Part shown: piece after piece, positions 49,003 to 58,552 of the stretch
Position numbering within the stretch: position 1 is the first letter of the stretch
How the letters are laid out: each line of letters begins with the position of its first letter
Source of the DNA: Bacteroidota bacterium
GTDB taxonomy: Bacteria; Bacteroidota; Bacteroidia; AKYH767-A; 2013-40CM-41-45
NCBI GenBank assembly: GCA_016720935.1
Contig: JADKJP010000004.1
Span: forward strand, 203,521-267,520
DNA: 64,000 nt
Direction of reading: 5' to 3'
Notes under the pieces: model-generated
The model's input: the letters and a program-made list of their open reading frames with translations, nothing else
The model's database searches: none
Told to the model about the DNA's origin: nothing
Position numbers and translations under genes: made by a program

Positions 49003-50304
49003 TCAGGATAATGCCTGTAGAATTTCTGCCACCACAAAAGTACTTCCTCCGATAAAAACAAAATCCGATTTCTCCGCCGCATTTTTCGCGGCAAGAAAAG
49101 CGTCGTAAACTGAATCGTAAGCTTCACCCTTGAGGCCAAAATTTTGAGCTTGATTTTTTAACTCCTCCTGTCCAAGCGCCCTCGGTAAATTCGCTTTGCA
49201 AAAATAATATTTGGCATTTACCGGTAGCAGTTTCAGGATGGACGTGACATCCTTATCATTGACCACTCCAAAAACAATGTGCAAACGATCATACGAAAGC
49301 AATGCCAGCTGATTCAGAATCTCACGAATACCGTCTTCATTGTGTCCAACATCACAGACGATTCGCGGAGATTCAGATATTGTTTGCCATCGTCCCATCA
49401 AACCGGTAAGTCCACGGACATTGCTTAATCCTGCACGAATATGTTCTTCTTCTATTCTAAATCCCGCTTCATTCAATTTCAAAACAGACTCAATGACCGT
49501 AAGAATATTTTTACGCTGGTAATGTCCGGCAAGGTCGATCTCGAGTGAGTCAAAAAGCAATTGCTTCCCGGCATAAATGCTAAACACCTGACGGTCGGGA
49601 GCCGTAGATTCCTTTTGTTCCGCGCGCAGGAGAACTTCTGCGAAAACAATAGGAGCACTCATTGAAGCAGCTTTGTCGGTGAACACAACTGCTGTTACTT
49701 CTCTTACCTCTCCAATCACAACAGGGATTTCTTTTTTGATAATGCCCGCTTTTTCAGCTGCGATTTTTTTCAATGTATCTCCAAGCAGGTTGGCATGATC
49801 CCAGCTGATATTGGTGATGACGGATAAAAGCGGCGTGATCACATTGGTAGAATCGAGCCGGCCACCAAGACCCGTTTCAATAACCGCGATTTCCACTTTT
49901 TCGTTTGCAAAATAATCGAAGGCTAGCCCAACAGTCCACTCAAAAAAAGAAGGCTGCACTTTTTCAAACTGCGTTTTATATTTCTCTACAAATCCAACAA
50001 CAGCATCCTTCGAAATCATTTCACCGTTGATCCGAATGCGTTCCCGGAAATCGATGAGGTGGGGAGAAGTATATAATCCTGTCTTGTATCCTGCCGACTG
50101 CAGAATAGCCGCAAGCATGTGAGAAGTACTGCCTTTACCGTTGGTCCCCGCTATGTGTATGGAACGAAATTTATTTTCCGGATGATCCAGGAATTCGCAA
50201 ATCGCATGGGTGTTGTCAAGGTTGGCCTTGTACGCCGCGGCACCGATACGATGAAACATCGGCAATTGGGCAAAAAGATAATCCAGGGTTTCCTCGTAAT
50301 TCAT
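49003..50304 (-). CDS. folC: Bifunctional folylpolyglutamate synthase / dihydrofolate synthase
   Basis: Mur-ligase-family P-loop (IAGTNGKGST) and FolC-specific C-terminal domain. Confidence 0.85.
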   Translation of the reverse strand: MNYEETLDYLFAQLPMFHRIGAAAYKANLDNTHAICEFLDHPENKFRSIHIAGTNGKGSTSHMLAAILQSAGYKTGLYTSPHLIDFRERIRINGEMISKDAVVGFVEKYKTQFEKVQPSFFEWTVGLAFDYFANEKVEIAVIETGLGGRLDSTNVITPLLSVITNISWDHANLLGDTLKKIAAEKAGIIKKEIPVVIGEVREVTAVVFTDKAASMSAPIVFAEVLLRAEQKESTAPDRQVFSIYAGKQLLFDSLEIDLAGHYQRKNILTVIESVLKLNEAGFRIEEEHIRAGLSNVRGLTGLMGRWQTISESPRIVCDVGHNEDGIREILNQLALLSYDRLHIVFGVVNDKDVTSILKLLPVNAKYYFCKANLPRALGQEELKNQAQNFGLKGEAYDSVYDAFLAAKNAAEKSDFVFIGGSTFVVAEILQALS

Positions 50305-50356
50305 GTCCGCGATTTGAAAAAATCGCGCAGTCCGATAACATACCGGTACGCGAAAT

Positions 50357-51205
50357 TTATTGCACTACAAAAACAAAGGTAATTGTCCCTTTTTGAATAT
50401 CCGCGTCATCCGGACCGGCATTAAATTTAGCTTTCATGGCAGCTTCCCGTGCAAGTTTATATAAATAGGAAGACGTTGTCGTAGATCCACGACCTCCCGG
50501 AACAGCAGCAGTTACTTCACCATTTTTATCTACAGTAATATCGACAACAACCTTTCCGGTTTCCTGGGAGCGGTCGTTGATTTGTGGTGTACGAATCATT
50601 CTGCGACCAGCCAGACTAAAGCTCACACCACCACCTTTTCCGGGACCCTGACCGGGACCTTCACCCGGACCAATTCCGGGTCCATTGCCACTACCGTTTT
50701 TACCTGTATACCGTGAGTTTGGATCTCCTTGCGGATCACCCTGGTCACCTGCACCTTTGCCGGTTCCCTGTGATGTACTGTTGTTGGATTTTCCTTTATA
50801 CAGTGAACGAGTATCAACAGTTTTTACAGGCTCAACCACGGGTTTATTTTCCTTTGGTGTTGTAACCGTTGGCTTGACTTTTTGTACATCTACTTTCTTT
50901 GGATCTTTTACTTCTCTGGCCACACCGGATTCTTCCAGATCCTGTGTCGCAAAATTTTCTTCCGGTTGAACGGCAGGTTTTGCTTTTGTGAGTGAAGGGT
51001 CTTCGGTAATATTTTCCGACATCGGTTGAATCTCACCACCGGCTTCATCCACATATCCGATGTTCACGATCACTCCGCCGCCGCCGCCTGTTTCCGGGAA
51101 GGGAGGAATTTGTGTTTTCACCATCACAAAAAGCAGGATGAGAAACAGCACCGAGTGAATCGCTACTGAAATAATAATGGACCTTGAACGGATGGTTGCA
51201 TCCAT
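50357..51205 (-). CDS. tonB: Energy transducer TonB (Pro/Gly-rich linker, C-terminal TonB domain)
   Basis: N-terminal TM, long PVxPxxKP / GPGxG low-complexity spacer, C-terminal ~90-aa TonB-CTD; located downstream of exbB-exbD. Confidence 0.7.
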   Translation of the reverse strand: MDATIRSRSIIISVAIHSVLFLILLFVMVKTQIPPFPETGGGGGVIVNIGYVDEAGGEIQPMSENITEDPSLTKAKPAVQPEENFATQDLEESGVAREVKDPKKVDVQKVKPTVTTPKENKPVVEPVKTVDTRSLYKGKSNNSTSQGTGKGAGDQGDPQGDPNSRYTGKNGSGNGPGIGPGEGPGQGPGKGGGVSFSLAGRRMIRTPQINDRSQETGKVVVDITVDKNGEVTAAVPGGRGSTTTSSYLYKLAREAAMKAKFNAGPDDADIQKGTITFVFVVQ

Positions 51206-51212
51206 AGTAAGC

Positions 51213-51614
51213 TTATTGCTTGGAGGATTGAGTGGCCAGCACCATTTTAATTTTTAAACGATTCCCGATATCGAGAAGGTCAACGAGGTTTTGAACCTGA
51301 ACCGATTTGTCAACCTTCAACAAAGCTGTCGGATCGGTTTGTCCTGCTATATTCACTTTAATGGCCGCTTCCAGTTCGTCCGCGCTGATGGGAGTATTGT
51401 TAATCGCATATTGCAAATCGGCAGTAACTGAAATGGTGAGCGGGTGCTTCACAGATTGCGTGCTGCTCTTGGCGTTAGGAAGCAAGAGCTTCAACACGTT
51501 CGGTGTCGCCATCGTAGACGTGATGAGGAAGAACAACAACAGAAAAAACATGATGTCATTCAGGGAAGCGCTGTACACTTCACCAACTACTCGTGTTCTT
51601 CTTCGGAGATTCAT
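51213..51614 (-). CDS. exbD: Biopolymer transport protein ExbD/TolR
   Basis: 133 aa, single N-terminal TM, ExbD-family periplasmic domain. Confidence 0.8.
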   Translation of the reverse strand: MNLRRRTRVVGEVYSASLNDIMFFLLLFFLITSTMATPNVLKLLLPNAKSSTQSVKHPLTISVTADLQYAINNTPISADELEAAIKVNIAGQTDPTALLKVDKSVQVQNLVDLLDIGNRLKIKMVLATQSSKQ

Positions 51615-51644
51615 TTTTGTTATTATTTATTTTTGAATTTTGTA

Positions 51645-51695
51645 GGGGACGAGGGACGGTGAAAAGGGGACGAGGGACGGGGGGCGAGGGACGTT
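51645..51695 (+). repeat. G-rich (GGGACGR)n array inside the exbB-exbD intercistronic spacer
   Basis: gggacgagggacggtgaaaaggggacgagggacggggggcgagggacg. Confidence 0.85.
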
Positions 51696-51729
51696 AAATT
51701 AGTGTGTCACACATTCAAATTTCCTTCCC

Positions 51730-51765
51730 GCACCAACCACTAAGCACCAACCACCAGGCACTAGT
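51730..51765 (+). repeat. (CCAACCA/CTAAGCA)-type heptamer array abutting the exbB stop codon
   Basis: caccaaccactaagcaccaaccaccaggcactag; the CA-rich strand is antisense to the exb operon here. Confidence 0.8.
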
Positions 51766-52483
51766 TCTTCACCGGCTCCTCAAGCAGGTCGATAAACTGA
51801 ACCGCGTTAATTTCCATTTTATTGATTACCCTGTCGATCATGTGAACGAGATAGTGATAAGCTGCGTAAGCGATCATACCGACAAGCAGACCTGCCGCGC
51901 TGGAAATCATTTTCACATAGAGACCACCTGAAATTGTATTGATCTCAAGAGAATTCTGAAGAGCGATCTGATAGAAGATTTTGATTACACCGAAGATGGT
52001 ACCAAGGAATCCGAACATCGGAGCGATACCGGCGATAGTTCCGAGGATGTTGAGGTTTTTCTCCATCATGTAGATCTGGAGTTTCCCGACATTCTCTATC
52101 GCGCCTTCAATTTCCTTTACAGGTTTTCCGAGACGCATCAGTCCTTTTTCGATCATACGTGCAACCGGACTGCTGGTGTTTTTGCAGAGCGCTTTTGCAG
52201 CGTCGATATTTCCACTGTGGACGTAATCGCGAATCTGGTTCATGAAATTCATATCAATTTTTGAGAAACGCTGAATAGTAAACAGCCTTTCAAAAAAGAT
52301 GTAGAATGCCATCACTGAAAGAATCGCGATTGGAACGAGGATGGGCCCGCCTTTTACAGCCATATCCCAGAGAGAAATGGATTGCTCAACAGGAGGAGTA
52401 ACAGCTGTCGTTGCAGCCTGAGCAAGCGAGTCCGAGGCTGCGCCAAGGTTTTGAGTGATCTGCAGGATGAGTCCGTAGGTCAT
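51761..52483 (-). CDS. exbB: MotA/TolQ/ExbB proton-channel protein
   Basis: Three TMs, conserved MotA_ExbB C-terminal region (PMFGFLGTIFGVI). Confidence 0.8.
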   Translation of the reverse strand: MTYGLILQITQNLGAASDSLAQAATTAVTPPVEQSISLWDMAVKGGPILVPIAILSVMAFYIFFERLFTIQRFSKIDMNFMNQIRDYVHSGNIDAAKALCKNTSSPVARMIEKGLMRLGKPVKEIEGAIENVGKLQIYMMEKNLNILGTIAGIAPMFGFLGTIFGVIKIFYQIALQNSLEINTISGGLYVKMISSAAGLLVGMIAYAAYHYLVHMIDRVINKMEINAVQFIDLLEEPVKN

Positions 52484-52598
52484 AAAGTGGTTTGGATATT
52501 AATAACTCACAAAAGTAGGGACTGAGCTCCCATGCAGGCTGGAACATGCCCCTACTTTTAAACATTGTCGTGTTAGTCTAAACGAGCCTTTGAAATTA

Positions 52599-53429
52599 TT
52601 ATTGAAGAAGATTAAAGCTGATCGGGAGCACCATTTGTGTCCGAACAGGTCTGGTTTGACTGATTCCGGGTTTCCATACCGGGGAAGAGGCCAAAACCTT
52701 CTGTACTTCTTCATCCTGACCATAACCAATAGATTTCATCATTTCCACATCACTGATGGTTCCGTTTTCATTCACGATAAAGGTTACATAATACCTTCCA
52801 TTCAGTCCTGCCGCTCTGGCTTGAGGAGTATAACGTATGTGATTTTTCAGGAATTCATAAAATTTGAATAAACCGCCCGGAAAATCAGGTTGTACGTCAA
52901 CAGAAGCGATGTTCAGAGGTTTATCAATAATTTTCGGTGGAGGATTTGTAGCGATTCCGGTCGGACTACCGATCAGAGGTTGAGTGGGAGTTGCGGTTCC
53001 TGTTCCGGAACCTATGGCCGGTGAAATTGGTTCAATCTTCGGTGCCGGAACATTTACTACAGGTTTGAATGCATTTTCGTCGACCTGTGGCTTCGGTTGA
53101 ATCGTCCTGTGATTAAGTTCAGGCGGGATCACTTTTGGAGCGGGGATATCTACATAAAAATTATCCGAAACAAACAGACGCTCATCGTTTGGCCTGGCCC
53201 GGGCGATTTCTTCCCGGAAAAAGATTTTACTGATCGCAAGTGGTATAAAAAAAAGAGCGGTAAGTCCCAGCAACATAAAAAGAAGAGATTTGGTAAGGCG
53301 CCGGTCATAGTTCATTCTCAATTCATAAGCACCATAGGCTTTATTCCTGTTTTCAAAAAGGACATCTTCCCAGGCTGTCTTTGCTTTTTTTTCTGTAAAC
53401 ATGGCTTGAGTATTTAAAGCATAGAGCAT
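52599..53429 (-). CDS. Second TonB-family energy transducer (TonB C-terminal domain protein)
   Basis: N-terminal TM (LLFMLLGLTALFFIPLAI), proline-rich spacer, C-terminal TonB-like domain (DVQPDFPGGLFKFYEFL... YYVTFIVNENGTISD). Confidence 0.55.
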   Translation of the reverse strand: MLYALNTQAMFTEKKAKTAWEDVLFENRNKAYGAYELRMNYDRRLTKSLLFMLLGLTALFFIPLAISKIFFREEIARARPNDERLFVSDNFYVDIPAPKVIPPELNHRTIQPKPQVDENAFKPVVNVPAPKIEPISPAIGSGTGTATPTQPLIGSPTGIATNPPPKIIDKPLNIASVDVQPDFPGGLFKFYEFLKNHIRYTPQARAAGLNGRYYVTFIVNENGTISDVEMMKSIGYGQDEEVQKVLASSPVWKPGISQTRPVRTQMVLPISFNLLQ

Positions 53430-53612
53430 GGTGTGTACCTGATTCCATAAAATCTTGAAAATTTTCGGTTAATGAACTTATGTATGTCGTAAGTGGGTCA
53501 TGATATTTCCTGAACTTCAGGCTGCTGTGATATTTGAAGGAATGCTCATGAACCCCTTTTTTTTGCTGCTGCAAATTTTTATACCTTTCCCATTCAATTC
53601 ACAGACCAGCAT

Positions 53613-54356
53613 ATGTTTAAAGCGAATAAACTCTTCCTGATCATTTTCCTTTTCTTTTCAGTTCTCTCGCAAGATTCCTTTGCCCAATTGAAAGTGACAT
53701 TTCCTTCAAAAGACAGTTTGCAAATCACCGCGGACTGGTACCCTATAAGCAGCGAGATGCCGATCATCCTGTTGTGTCATCAGAATAAATTCAGCCGCGG
53801 AGAATACAATGAAACGGCTTTGCGTTTAAACAAATTCGGGTTTAATTGTCTGGCCATCGACCAACGTGTAGGAGATGCCGTGAACGGAATAAAAAATGAA
53901 ACTGCCGAAAGAGCAAAAGCTGCCGGCAAAACTCCTTTGAATACAGATGCGGAACAAGACATCGAAGCAGCCATTGATTTCCTTTATGATAAATACAATA
54001 AAAACATCATCGTCATCGGTAGCTCCTACTCCGCTTCCCTTGCATTAAAAATTGCGGCGACAAACAATAAAGTGCTGGGTGTTGCAGTTTTTAGTCCGGG
54101 AGAATATTTCGCCGATCCGAATTACATCTCGAAAAGTATAGGCAATCTGAATAAACCTTTATTCGCGACCTCTTCACTTCAGGAAGCAGATGCCGTCACC
54201 GACTTGCTCAAGGATGTCAATTCGAGAATTAAAGTGCAATACATCCCAAAAACTCCGGGGAATCATGGCTCCAAAGTACTCTGGTCTGTCGCACCCGACA
54301 ATCAGGAATACTGGATCGCTCTCATGAGCTTCCTGAATAAGATGAAAACACTTTGA
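53613..54356 (+). CDS. Secreted alpha/beta hydrolase (dienelactone-hydrolase-like)
   Basis: Signal peptide; GSSYS nucleophile elbow (GxSxG); ~250 aa. Confidence 0.6.
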   Translation: MFKANKLFLIIFLFFSVLSQDSFAQLKVTFPSKDSLQITADWYPISSEMPIILLCHQNKFSRGEYNETALRLNKFGFNCLAIDQRVGDAVNGIKNETAERAKAAGKTPLNTDAEQDIEAAIDFLYDKYNKNIIVIGSSYSASLALKIAATNNKVLGVAVFSPGEYFADPNYISKSIGNLNKPLFATSSLQEADAVTDLLKDVNSRIKVQYIPKTPGNHGSKVLWSVAPDNQEYWIALMSFLNKMKTL

Positions 54357-55105
54357 TGAAGGTCAAGTACTCCTTTTCTTTTCCGAATTCATTTCACAGG
54401 CTATCAGTGTATTTTCTTTTTTTCATGCTTGCAACCACACCGTTGAAAGCACAAAAAGGAATCACAACAGTAGGAATCCAGTACAAACCTATTTTTCCTG
54501 TTTCATTTCTTGGCACAGGAAAACAAAGCACTTCCTCGAATCAGGTAAATTTTGATGTAGAATTAAAATCCGGTTTCTGCGGAGGAATGGTGGTACGTCA
54601 TGGGTTTTCCGAACTGCTTGCATTTGAGACAGGAATTAATTATGTCAAAAGAAAGTACGACCTCATCATTACGGATGGTGATTTCAAAGGAACCTCTGAA
54701 TTCAGAATTATAGGATATGAAATACCGGTGAATCTGTTGGTCTATATTCAGCTCGGTGAAAAATTATTCATGAATGCATCCATGGGACCGAGCGCGGATA
54801 TGTTCGCGAGCAATGTGCAATCCTATGACGAATATTTTCAGCATGTATCTTTCCGAAACCATATTTTTCAGGCTTCCGTTCTTGCGAATCTTGGCTGGGA
54901 ATGGAGAACAGAAAAAAGTGGCTTCATCTATCTTGGCGCATCTTATCATCGTCCCTTTTCTTTTATTTATCTCACAAAAGTTGAATACAAATTTCGTGGG
55001 AAGGACGAATCTACCGATCAGAAATTGCTTGGCAATTACCTGACTCTGGATCTGCGTTATTTTTTCCCTGAGAACAAAGGCAAGAAGCCGGGCAGAAATG
55101 AATAA
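54353..55105 (+). CDS. Hypothetical outer-membrane-type protein
   Basis: ATGA start/stop overlap with the upstream hydrolase; signal peptide; beta-strand-rich; ends in aromatic-rich segments. Confidence 0.4.
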   Translation: MMKVKYSFSFPNSFHRLSVYFLFFMLATTPLKAQKGITTVGIQYKPIFPVSFLGTGKQSTSSNQVNFDVELKSGFCGGMVVRHGFSELLAFETGINYVKRKYDLIITDGDFKGTSEFRIIGYEIPVNLLVYIQLGEKLFMNASMGPSADMFASNVQSYDEYFQHVSFRNHIFQASVLANLGWEWRTEKSGFIYLGASYHRPFSFIYLTKVEYKFRGKDESTDQKLLGNYLTLDLRYFFPENKGKKPGRNE

Positions 55106-55169
55106 GGAGCGGATTGCTCCACTCCTTAGATGATCATTAGATCAAAAATTATCAGATTGGTTGATGAGA

Positions 55170-57467
55170 TTACTCAACAATCATTCTTGCGATACTTTCA
55201 TTTTCTCCGGTTTGCATTTTCACGAAATAAATTCCTGCACTGAGGCCGGATACATCCTGTGAAATACGATGGTTGCCTGAATCAAACTTTTGATTTTCAA
55301 AAATGCGGCTCACGAGTTGTCCGGTAGATGAATAAATTTTCATGGATACAGTCGTTGCTTTGGGCAAATGGAAAGAAATCAATGACGGATGATTAGCACC
55401 GGCAGGACTTGCTGTCAAACCAAGATTATTAACATTAACAGATCCGACCTGAGTAGTACCATTTGCAACAACTACCACAGTACCAAAATAAGGGATACGA
55501 TTGTACGCAGTAACGGTAACATCAAGTGTATCTCCGATGGTCAATCCGGGAATGGTGAGATAGGCAGAACCACTCAGCGCATATCCTGTACTTACGATCT
55601 GATTATGGTGACTGAGACAAACCAATGCCTGATCAACATTGCATTGCACCACCCAAGTTGAGGTATTTTCATCAATTGTTGCATCGTGGGCTACCGGAAT
55701 CGGTTCAGGAGTTGCAGTCCGCACTGTGATACTTGGATCTCCAAAGCATGTCCATGTATCTGTCATTTCCACTCCTGCAGCTCCATACTGATCATTCATG
55801 TGAAGACAGCCATTGACAGAAATTCCACCAAAAGTATGCTTGATATTTCCAGGATAAGTTTCAACAAGAATGTCCACCATTTCATCCTGTCCATCCATTG
55901 GAGGATCCCAACTCTGGTTGATTGTTGACATCAAGGTAGCGATCGCTCCAATCGGAGCACCAGAAATTGTAGTGGTTCTCATCAGTGCTTCCGCAAGACA
56001 ACTTCCATTGTTAAAATCACCATTCACACAGGCAACTGACCAGATGAATGGAAGCATGTTTTCGTTTGTGAGATTCTGTACATCACCTGAACTAAAGCTG
56101 GTTGTTCCACAGCTGTTCTGACTTCCATGTCCTGTATACGTAAGTACACTGCGACCAGAATTGAAAGCATCTGCAAGATCCTGTGGACCCGGATCACCGG
56201 AAACATCCATTCCACCCTGACTGCCGTCGTAAATCTCATCAACATCGGTATAGGTGTAGCCCAGATATTTCAGACGAATATTTCTTTCATGTTCGAAATC
56301 AATTTCGTTGTCATCACCAGGTCCTTGGTCTGACCCTACACAAATTCCTTTGTGATACCATTGCCCCATTGGGTCGGGATGCATTTCATAACTGATGGAA
56401 CGCTGAACTTGCGTTTCCAATTCAGCAGGAGTATTCGCGGAAAAACGACCGACAATTACTTCAGCATAGGAATCGTTACCAAGGATATCACCATAAGATG
56501 GATCTGAATCTCCGTTTCCTGTAGGATACGGAGGAATCTGCGGACCATCACCAACCAGCAGAACAAACGTCAATCCATCTGTATTGTATTTATCTGTTAT
56601 AAATGTCTTGATCGCTGTGGGACTTACGCCAATGGTACTTACATCTACCATTTCTGTTTTTTGCCCCATTCTGTTTTTCCAGTCAACAAAAGGCTGCATA
56701 GTAGCCATCAGGGAAGGATCTGAAATTACCAGCATACTACCTGTTTCAGCAGTTTGCACGTACTGAGTCTGGTTGTAATTGATAAAACGATTGGAATAAA
56801 TCGGATTAAAAATATCGTTAGGTTGTGGTTGACGGGAACGTGAGAATGCATTCAGAGAAACAGAAGAAGTTACCGGACTTGTTTTGACAGTAAGCTGATC
56901 ATACACACGTAATACACGAGTGACAGGATTGTATTGAAAAGGATACACGACAATGGTTTGTCCACGGAAATCACGAAGAATATATGGATCTCTTAGTTCA
57001 GCGATTGTACCCGGATAAAAGCTATTGCTTGAATATGCCGGTCCGTATGTGTATGGAATTGCAGACGGATCCTGATTTCTTTTCAGGTTTCCTTTGGAAG
57101 GGAGCAAATGAATATTGTTGTATTCATGATAGGAAGAAGCAATCACCTGCACATCCATTGTTGCAGCATCCGGAATGATAACCGATACCGCCATTTTCAA
57201 AACATCAGGAGCTCCTGCAATCAATAAATGACTTGCATTTTCCGCATCAATCTGATGCGAAATACCCTGCGCAGTGGAAACTGTTTGCAGGTTAAACCCG
57301 GGAACATGAAAAGCGATTGTAGTCTCATCACCGGATTGTTGCACAAGACTTGCGCTGAGTTTCTGAGATGTAGAATGATCTGCCGAAATCCATTGTTTCG
57401 GATTTGATGAAAAAGCAATAGCTGAAATCATCAGACAGATTCCTGAAAGGAGTATTCTTTTTTTCAT
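55170..57467 (-). CDS. C25-family (gingipain-like) cysteine peptidase with T9SS C-terminal domain
   Basis: Signal peptide, ~400-aa caspase-fold C25 core with conserved His/Cys context (GHGS..., SVACVNGDF), Ig-like domain, C-terminal GIYFVKMQTG...RMIVE Por CTD. Confidence 0.65.
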   Translation of the reverse strand: MKKRILLSGICLMISAIAFSSNPKQWISADHSTSQKLSASLVQQSGDETTIAFHVPGFNLQTVSTAQGISHQIDAENASHLLIAGAPDVLKMAVSVIIPDAATMDVQVIASSYHEYNNIHLLPSKGNLKRNQDPSAIPYTYGPAYSSNSFYPGTIAELRDPYILRDFRGQTIVVYPFQYNPVTRVLRVYDQLTVKTSPVTSSVSLNAFSRSRQPQPNDIFNPIYSNRFINYNQTQYVQTAETGSMLVISDPSLMATMQPFVDWKNRMGQKTEMVDVSTIGVSPTAIKTFITDKYNTDGLTFVLLVGDGPQIPPYPTGNGDSDPSYGDILGNDSYAEVIVGRFSANTPAELETQVQRSISYEMHPDPMGQWYHKGICVGSDQGPGDDNEIDFEHERNIRLKYLGYTYTDVDEIYDGSQGGMDVSGDPGPQDLADAFNSGRSVLTYTGHGSQNSCGTTSFSSGDVQNLTNENMLPFIWSVACVNGDFNNGSCLAEALMRTTTISGAPIGAIATLMSTINQSWDPPMDGQDEMVDILVETYPGNIKHTFGGISVNGCLHMNDQYGAAGVEMTDTWTCFGDPSITVRTATPEPIPVAHDATIDENTSTWVVQCNVDQALVCLSHHNQIVSTGYALSGSAYLTIPGLTIGDTLDVTVTAYNRIPYFGTVVVVANGTTQVGSVNVNNLGLTASPAGANHPSLISFHLPKATTVSMKIYSSTGQLVSRIFENQKFDSGNHRISQDVSGLSAGIYFVKMQTGENESIARMIVE

Positions 57468-57588
57468 ACGATTTATTTCTACCGGCCATGAAGCACGGAA
57501 AAGCCGGGATTAAGATACATAATTACTGTATATATTACACATTGTCAGAGAAGTGTCAGGCATTACAGTGAGGAATCGTAGAATTCTT

Positions 57589-57921
57589 TCAGGAATTAAT
57601 CCAATTTTGGATTTTGCTTGTGACGTTCAGAATCCCGTTTTGATTTTTTTCAAGATTTTTCTGAAATGCGGCGGTCAGATCTACGCCGGTTTGATTGGCC
57701 AGACAGATCAACACAAACAATACATCAGCAAGTTCATCGCCCAGATCTTTTCCAAGATCCGATTCTTTTGAAGATTGCTCACCGTATTTCCTGGCAATAA
57801 TTCGGGCTACCTCTCCTACTTCTTCGGTAAGCATAGCCATATTGGTGAGCTCATTAAAATAACGAACGCCATGAGTTTTGATCCACTGGTCTACTTGGGC
57901 TTGTGCTTCGGTGAGGTCCAT
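57589..57921 (-). CDS. MazG-like nucleotide pyrophosphohydrolase (single-domain)
   Basis: EExGExxE motif region (LTEEVGEVARIIARKYGEQS..., DELADVLFVLICLAN). Confidence 0.7.
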   Translation of the reverse strand: MDLTEAQAQVDQWIKTHGVRYFNELTNMAMLTEEVGEVARIIARKYGEQSSKESDLGKDLGDELADVLFVLICLANQTGVDLTAAFQKNLEKNQNGILNVTSKIQNWINS

Positions 57922-57976
57922 GTTAGTTGTTAGTTTTTAGTGGTTGGTGCTTAGTGGTTGGTGCTTGGTGCTTAGA
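57922..57976 (-). repeat. (CTAAGCA/CCAACCA/CTAACAA)n heptamer array (sense to mazG) ending at its ATG
   Basis: On the minus strand: tctaagca ccaagca ccaacca ctaagca ccaacca ctaaaaa ctaacaa ctaac|ATG. Confidence 0.85.
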
Positions 57977-57991
57977 ATGCATTGTAAACTT

Positions 57992-58020
57992 GCTGACTCA
58001 AGACTCCGAACTCCAGACTT
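57992..58020 (-). repeat. (GAGTTCN/GAGTCTT) heptamer block, GTTC-family module upstream of the CA-rich module
   Basis: On the minus strand: aagtctg gagttcg gagtctt gagtca. Confidence 0.65.
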
Positions 58021-58058
58021 TTTAACCCAAGCTCCTGTCATTCGATTCCAAATTTCCG

Positions 58059-58511
58059 TTACTCTTTATTCTTTGAGTCTATCCAAATCGTAACCGGGCC
58101 GTCGTTGATGAGAGCGACTTTCATATCGGCACCGAACTCTCCGGAGTAGACATTTCTTCCGCTTTCCTGTGCAAGTCGTGATAGAAATTTTTCATACAAA
58201 GGAATTGCCTGTTCAGGTCGGGCTGCGCGGATGAATGACGGGCGATTCCCTTTTTTTGTGGATGCATGTAGTGTGAACTGACTCACCACCAGAAAATCTC
58301 CCTGAACATCTGAAACAGAGAGATTCATTTGTCCGTTTTCGTCACCGAACACACGAAGCTTTGATATTTTACCACATAGCCACTCTATGTCTTCGTCCGT
58401 GTCAGCTTCTTCAATTCCAAGAAGAATAAGAAAACCATTTGCTATCGCAGCTTTTTCATTTCCTTCTATATTGACAGAAGCCTGTGATACGCGTTGAATA
58501 AGGACCCTCAT
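58059..58511 (-). CDS. dtd: D-aminoacyl-tRNA deacylase
   Basis: 150 aa, MRVLIQRV... N-terminus and SQFTL/GPVT motifs of DTD. Confidence 0.9.
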   Translation of the reverse strand: MRVLIQRVSQASVNIEGNEKAAIANGFLILLGIEEADTDEDIEWLCGKISKLRVFGDENGQMNLSVSDVQGDFLVVSQFTLHASTKKGNRPSFIRAARPEQAIPLYEKFLSRLAQESGRNVYSGEFGADMKVALINDGPVTIWIDSKNKE

Positions 58512-58552
58512 GAGATTCTTGATAAATTCTGAGAAAGAAACATGAAATATAT

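Noticed and set aside
57468-57588. Possible regulatory element between the C25 peptidase and mazG
   Set aside because: It is an ordinary AT-rich spacer without repeats or strong hairpins.
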